Below, one piece after another: positions 29,845-34,412 of a DNA stretch of 34,412 nt (position 1 is the first letter of the stretch; each line of letters opens with the position of its first letter). The stretch is from Alphaproteobacteria bacterium (GTDB taxonomy: Bacteria > Pseudomonadota > Alphaproteobacteria > CAAHEQ01 > UBA3637): assembly GCA_017457425.1 (NCBI GenBank), contig JAFTHM010000086.1, positions 1-34,412 of the forward strand, read 5' to 3'. A model generated the notes under the pieces. That model was given only the letters and a program-made list of their open reading frames with translations. It was not told the origin of the DNA and did not search any database. The position numbers and the translations under genes were made by a program.

Positions 29845-31416
29845 ATGTTTGGATATTCAAAAGTAAAGTCTTGGACGGTTATCGTCACGATTTTAATTGG
29901 TATTATTTTTGCTTTGCCGACTTTTTTACCGGCATCGGTTTACGAAAAAACACCCAAAGATATGCACTCTTGGTTTAAACCGATTACGTTGGGTTTGGAT
30001 TTACAAGGTGGATCCTACCTATTAATGGAAGTAGACACCAAAAATTTGGTATCCGAAAAACTGGAAAGTTTAGCGGATTTAACTCGGTCTGCACTACGTT
30101 CGGAAAAAGTTCGTTTTTCCGGTTTAAAAGTGGAAAATGATACTTTGGTCTTAAAGGTATTAAAGGCCGAAGATTTAAATAAAGTGCGTGAAACAATTCG
30201 CAAACAAGAATCAGGCATTCCTCTGCAAATTGATACAGAGGGGACAAACGTCAGTGTACGTTATACCGAAGATGCCTTGAATATTATGAAACGCCAAGCC
30301 GTTATGCAATCTTTGGAAATTGTTCGTAAACGTATTGATGAATTGGGAACAAAAGAACCTCAAATTCAACAACAAGGGGCTGACCGAATTGTCATTCAAT
30401 TACCTGGCGTTCAAGATCCATCCGAAATTAAGGCTTTAATGGGTAAAACCGCTAAATTAACGTTTCATTTGGTTGATGAAAACACAAATGTTATTATGGC
30501 CAGACAAGGTAAAATTTCACCCGATTCCATGTTGATGGATGGTGATGAAACGGGACCAATCGTTTTAAAACGTGCCGTTGTTGTGGGCGGGGAAAGTTTG
30601 GAAAGCGCTAAAATGAGCTATGATGAACAAGGCCGTCCCGCTGTGGCCTTTGCGTTTAAATCCGTTGGCGCCAAAAAATTTGCCAATGCCACCCGTGAAA
30701 ATGTCGGTCGTCGATTGGCTATTGTGTTAGATGGAAAAGTCATCAGTGCCCCCTCTATCAATACACCGATTACGGGCGGACAAGGTATCATTACGGGCAA
30801 CTTTACGGTTTCGGCCGCTAATGATTTAGCCTTATTATTGCGTTCCGGTGCATTGCCGGCTCCATTAATTGTTCAAGAAGAACGTGTTGTGGGTCCGGGG
30901 CTGGGTGATGATTCCATTCGTGCCGGCACAACCGCTTGTATTTTAGGCTTACTGTTCGTCTTTGTCTTTATGATTGTGGTTTACGGCGGATATGGTATTT
31001 TTGCGGATATCGCCTTACTGACGAACGGTATTTTATTGTTGGCATTGCTCAGCATTTTTGATGCCACATTAACATTACCGGGGCTTGCAGGTATCGCTTT
31101 GACAATCGCCATGGCCGTTGATTCCAATATTTTGGTTTTTGAACGTATGAAAGAAGAAATTCAAAAAGGCGTTACACATCCGATGGAGGTTTTAAACCGT
31201 GGGTTTGAAGGGGCCTTTTCCGCTATTTTAGACGGCCAATTAACAACATTTTTTGCCGCATTATTCTTGTTCTGGCTCGGTTCCGGTCCGGTACGTGGAT
31301 TCGGCATTACATTGGGTTTAGGGTTAGCTACCACAATGTTTACGGCCCTTTTGGTAACCCGTATGCTGATGACAATCTGGATTGCAGTCAGAAAGCCAAA
31401 AACAATTAATTTATAA
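29845..31416 (+). CDS. secD: Protein translocase subunit SecD
   Basis: LGLDLQGG, RIDELGTKEP, LRSGALPAP, VGPGLG, MAVDSNILVFER. Confidence 0.97.
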   Translation: MFGYSKVKSWTVIVTILIGIIFALPTFLPASVYEKTPKDMHSWFKPITLGLDLQGGSYLLMEVDTKNLVSEKLESLADLTRSALRSEKVRFSGLKVENDTLVLKVLKAEDLNKVRETIRKQESGIPLQIDTEGTNVSVRYTEDALNIMKRQAVMQSLEIVRKRIDELGTKEPQIQQQGADRIVIQLPGVQDPSEIKALMGKTAKLTFHLVDENTNVIMARQGKISPDSMLMDGDETGPIVLKRAVVVGGESLESAKMSYDEQGRPAVAFAFKSVGAKKFANATRENVGRRLAIVLDGKVISAPSINTPITGGQGIITGNFTVSAANDLALLLRSGALPAPLIVQEERVVGPGLGDDSIRAGTTACILGLLFVFVFMIVVYGGYGIFADIALLTNGILLLALLSIFDATLTLPGLAGIALTIAMAVDSNILVFERMKEEIQKGVTHPMEVLNRGFEGAFSAILDGQLTTFFAALFLFWLGSGPVRGFGITLGLGLATTMFTALLVTRMLMTIWIAVRKPKTINL

Positions 31417-31428
31417 AGGATACGACAA

Positions 31429-32361
31429 ATGAAAAAATTATTTAGAAAACGTAATTTTAATATTAATTTTTTGGGAATGCGTAAAATCGGTTATTCTATC
31501 GCATTTATGTTATTGGCTCTATCCGTATGGGGATTATTCAGCAAAGGGTTAAATTACGGCGTTGACTTTGAAGGGGGAGTTTTGGTAGAAGTATCTGCCG
31601 AACAAGCCATTGACATGGATAAAATGCGGTCCGATTTATCCTTCTTAAAGGAATTGTCAATTCAATCCATTGGTATGGGTGATGAAATTAAATCCGTATT
31701 AATTCAAACACAAGCCGAAGATGCGGGTTTAACCGGACCTCAATTGGTTGAAAAAATCAAATCTGTATTGGGTGCCGGGTATACATATGACCGGGTGGAA
31801 ACAATCGGGCCCAGAATCGGACAAGAATTAAAGGAAAAAAGCTTACTCGCCTCTGTTTTGGCATTACTGGCTATTTCCATTTATATTTGGCTGAGATTTG
31901 AATGGCCGTTTGCTATCGGCTGTATGGCGTCACTGGCCTATAACTTAATTGTGGTTGTCGGAACATTTGCCGTATTCGGTTGGGAATTTGATATGATTGT
32001 GGTGGCCGGTTTATTGTCTTTGGCCGGTTATGCCTGTAATGACACTATCGTTACCTATGACCGAGTTCGTGAAAACTTACAAAAATTCCGTAAAATGGGC
32101 AAAGATGACTTACTCAATAAAAGTATCAATGAAACATTATCCCGCACTATTTTAACAGGTGTAACCACGTTATTCGTCTTGTTGGTATTATTGTTCATCG
32201 GTGGACAAACCTTGCAAGGGTTCTCCATTTCTATGGCTTTGGGATTGGTGGTTGGAACATATGCTTCAATCTTCTTGGCCGTTCCAATGCTCAGATACTT
32301 TGACATTGCACAAGTGGCTAACAAAGGTGAAACAGGCCCCTATGCCAATGCCGAAAAATAG
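31429..32361 (+). CDS. secF: Protein translocase subunit SecF
   Basis: GLNYGVDFEGG, IGPRIG, YIWLRFEW, NDTIVTYDRVREN, TLSRTILT. Confidence 0.97.
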   Translation: MKKLFRKRNFNINFLGMRKIGYSIAFMLLALSVWGLFSKGLNYGVDFEGGVLVEVSAEQAIDMDKMRSDLSFLKELSIQSIGMGDEIKSVLIQTQAEDAGLTGPQLVEKIKSVLGAGYTYDRVETIGPRIGQELKEKSLLASVLALLAISIYIWLRFEWPFAIGCMASLAYNLIVVVGTFAVFGWEFDMIVVAGLLSLAGYACNDTIVTYDRVRENLQKFRKMGKDDLLNKSINETLSRTILTGVTTLFVLLVLLFIGGQTLQGFSISMALGLVVGTYASIFLAVPMLRYFDIAQVANKGETGPYANAEK

Positions 32362-32369
32362 GATAAAAT

Positions 32370-32444
32370 TAAAGCCGACTGCGATGGTCGGCTTTATGTT
32401 TGATTTCCAGAATATAAAAAAAACTCTCCAATTGGAGAGTTTTT
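32370..32444. terminator. Two tandem hairpin terminators between convergent genes
   Basis: TAAAGCCGAC/GTCGGCTTTA and AAAAACTCTCC/GGAGAGTTTTT. Confidence 0.75.
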
Positions 32445-32449
32445 GTTTC

Positions 32450-32812
32450 TTACTTACTCTTATAATAGACGTGTCCGTTAACACAACGGTGGACAAAAAC
32501 CCTTGTTGGACGATGGTAAGAAGAATGATGTGTGTTACCTCCATAACAATTTCCTCCTCTACGCACATATCCACCTAATTTGTTAATAGCATTGTTATCA
32601 GTTGCAATACCACCCACAATTGCCACTCCTTGTAAAATCTGCCCTGCAGAAATACCAGAACTTTGCGTACGTTCCCAATAACCGGTAGCATTAGAGTAAG
32701 TTGTCGTTGTACAAGAAGACATAGACATAGCAGCACCCGCTAAAATAGCTAACTTACCAACCGTACTTTTAAAAAAATTATTCATCCATGAACCTTTATT
32801 TTCGTTTGACAT
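32450..32812 (-). CDS. Hypothetical lipoprotein-like protein with a His/Tyr-rich tail
   Basis: GAAAGGAG RBS; LAILAGAAMSMSSC; TTGACA-17-TATATT promoter upstream. Confidence 0.7.
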   Translation of the reverse strand: MSNENKGSWMNNFFKSTVGKLAILAGAAMSMSSCTTTTYSNATGYWERTQSSGISAGQILQGVAIVGGIATDNNAINKLGGYVRRGGNCYGGNTHHSSYHRPTRVFVHRCVNGHVYYKSK

Positions 32813-32906
32813 AGTAAACTCCTTTCTATTTATCTGTACTTTCAATATAACATACTTTTAATCATTTGTCAATTAATTAAAAATAACCATTTGTTTTTAA
32901 TAAATT

Positions 32907-33401
32907 TTATCTACAATAATGATAGTGACGGTGATGGCAATGAGAAGGAGAATAAAAATGACAATTTCTAACTCCATAAGAGTACATATAAACATCTCCA
33001 CACCCATTAACGGCATTGTACGGTACACCACTGTTAGAGTAATTCATATTTGCTTCAATTACCCCCGGAGAAGGAACAATCATCGGACCATTATATCGGA
33101 CTGGTTGTACATTCATCGCCGGTTGCACTTGAGAAAACGGACTTTGACGTACCGGTTGTTGATACACAGGTTGCTGTACCGGTGCTGTCAATGTCGTACC
33201 TTCGGCGCTGGTCGGTTGAATATACCCCAGCGTTCCACGAACTGTACCGCCATCTTTATAATTAACAACACGTGGTGCCGTAGCGTATACATTTTGTTGA
33301 TTTTGTCTATAAGCGGCATTAGCCCCTTTATTACAACAACAAGAACTTAAAGCTGCAGACATAGCAACCATAGAGCCAAGTAAAACTAATTCTTTTTTCA
33401 T
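32907..33401 (-). CDS. Hypothetical lipoprotein-like protein, Gln/Pro-rich with a His/Cys-rich tail
   Basis: MKKELVLLGSMVAMSAALSSCCC; ends CHFYSPSHCHHRHYHYCR; TTGACA-17-TAAACT promoter upstream. Confidence 0.7.
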   Translation of the reverse strand: MKKELVLLGSMVAMSAALSSCCCNKGANAAYRQNQQNVYATAPRVVNYKDGGTVRGTLGYIQPTSAEGTTLTAPVQQPVYQQPVRQSPFSQVQPAMNVQPVRYNGPMIVPSPGVIEANMNYSNSGVPYNAVNGCGDVYMYSYGVRNCHFYSPSHCHHRHYHYCR

Positions 33402-33541
33402 ATCCATCCCCTTTTTATTTTGGTTAAACGGCATTGTGCCTGAATTAAGTACAGTTTACCATTATTTTATATATTTGTCAACAATTTTTTAAAAATTTTA
33501 ATAACATATTGTTTTTTTATAATAATAATTTTAATTTTTTA

Positions 33542-34363
33542 CTATTTCTCATTTAAAAAGCGAAAAATTTCACTCATAAAACCATAGGCTGGTAATTCAC
33601 GATGTCCCGCCTCAGCGCTTGAGAAAAATTCTTTTAGTTTCTTTGCTCGTTCAAATAACCGTTCGCCTTGGGCATAAGGAACCACTTTATCCGCCATACC
33701 ATGCCCGATTAACAAACGAGTGTTAATCTGTCCGATATGCACCATACTATCGTAAGTATTCCCACATAAAATCAAACGAACGGGGAATAAATGGAAACTT
33801 TCCTTGTCTGCAACATCCGCCACACTGGTAAACGGCGCTTCCAAAATAACCGCGTCAAACGGATTAGTTTGCCCCAATTCTTTTGCACCATACACCGCCA
33901 AATACGTTCCCATGGAATGACCATACAATACGATATCAGTATTTTTAAAGCCTTGTTTATTTAAAAACGCTACCGCCAATTTGATATCTGTTTCCATTGA
34001 GGCTTGATTGGGTTTTCCTTTTCTACCGCCGAATCCTTGATATTCCGGCACTAAAACGGCATAGCCTTTATCCGCTAAGGATTTTACCCGATTTAAGAAA
34101 TATGAAGCATTATCCGAATTACCATGAAAGAAAATGACAGCTTTTTTGGCATTATCGGGACACACATACCACCCATACGCATCTGTAGCATCAGATAACG
34201 ATACTTCCCGTATATCCGGTATTTTTTCCGTCATTTTTTGTAAAGAGGGCTTAACCGTGTCAGGATGATACAAAAACACATGCGGCATAAAATAAACAAG
34301 TAACGCAAAACCAATATACGCAATCACACATCCCAATAAGACAATTTTCAAAAACGATATCAT
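33542..34363 (-). CDS. Membrane-anchored alpha/beta hydrolase
   Basis: N-terminal TM helix, FFHGN, GHSMG nucleophile elbow, HGMADKVVP, AGH. Confidence 0.92.
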   Translation of the reverse strand: MISFLKIVLLGCVIAYIGFALLVYFMPHVFLYHPDTVKPSLQKMTEKIPDIREVSLSDATDAYGWYVCPDNAKKAVIFFHGNSDNASYFLNRVKSLADKGYAVLVPEYQGFGGRKGKPNQASMETDIKLAVAFLNKQGFKNTDIVLYGHSMGTYLAVYGAKELGQTNPFDAVILEAPFTSVADVADKESFHLFPVRLILCGNTYDSMVHIGQINTRLLIGHGMADKVVPYAQGERLFERAKKLKEFFSSAEAGHRELPAYGFMSEIFRFLNEK

Positions 34364-34412
34364 AATTTGAGTTCCTGTTCTTCTAAATGTTTAATTTTAT
34401 CACGCAGACGGG

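Overview
AT-rich chromosomal window, probably from a host-associated (gut-type) alphaproteobacterium; this is inferred from RpsL/RpsG/ObgE/ParC/EttA/SecDF style and a 'GRSMVEMLG' pilin-like gene. The backbone is housekeeping: fusA start, rpsG, rpsL, a CorA/ZntB transporter, parC, obgE, rsfS, folA-thyA, nagB, leuS, a DnaJ-class chaperone, a CDF transporter, tRNA-Arg(ACG), ettA, dut and yajC-secD-secF. Accessory surface or secreted genes are interspersed. No integrase, transposase, reverse transcriptase or CRISPR array is visible. The most notable items are: (1) three dispersed copies (about 7001-7180 +, 15638-15830 +, 21888-22085 -) of a ~190-nt promoter-linked structured RNA. Its stems covary, and two separate 'guide' segments pair with one contiguous 17-nt target that overlaps a terminator-like hairpin. 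The architecture recalls phage C4/CI antisense RNAs, but here two copies lead host surface genes and one is an orphan. (2) A type IV pilin-like protein whose last ~28 codons look like a diversity-generating-retroelement variable region, with no RT or template repeat in the window. (3) A C13 tract filling the -35/-10 spacer of an autotransporter promoter. (4) An A9 run joining a histone H1-like ORF to a start-less rsfS in the -1 frame. (5) A tRNA-linked repeat. (6) An in-frame stop in yajC. All calls come from reading the sequence; no database searches were run.
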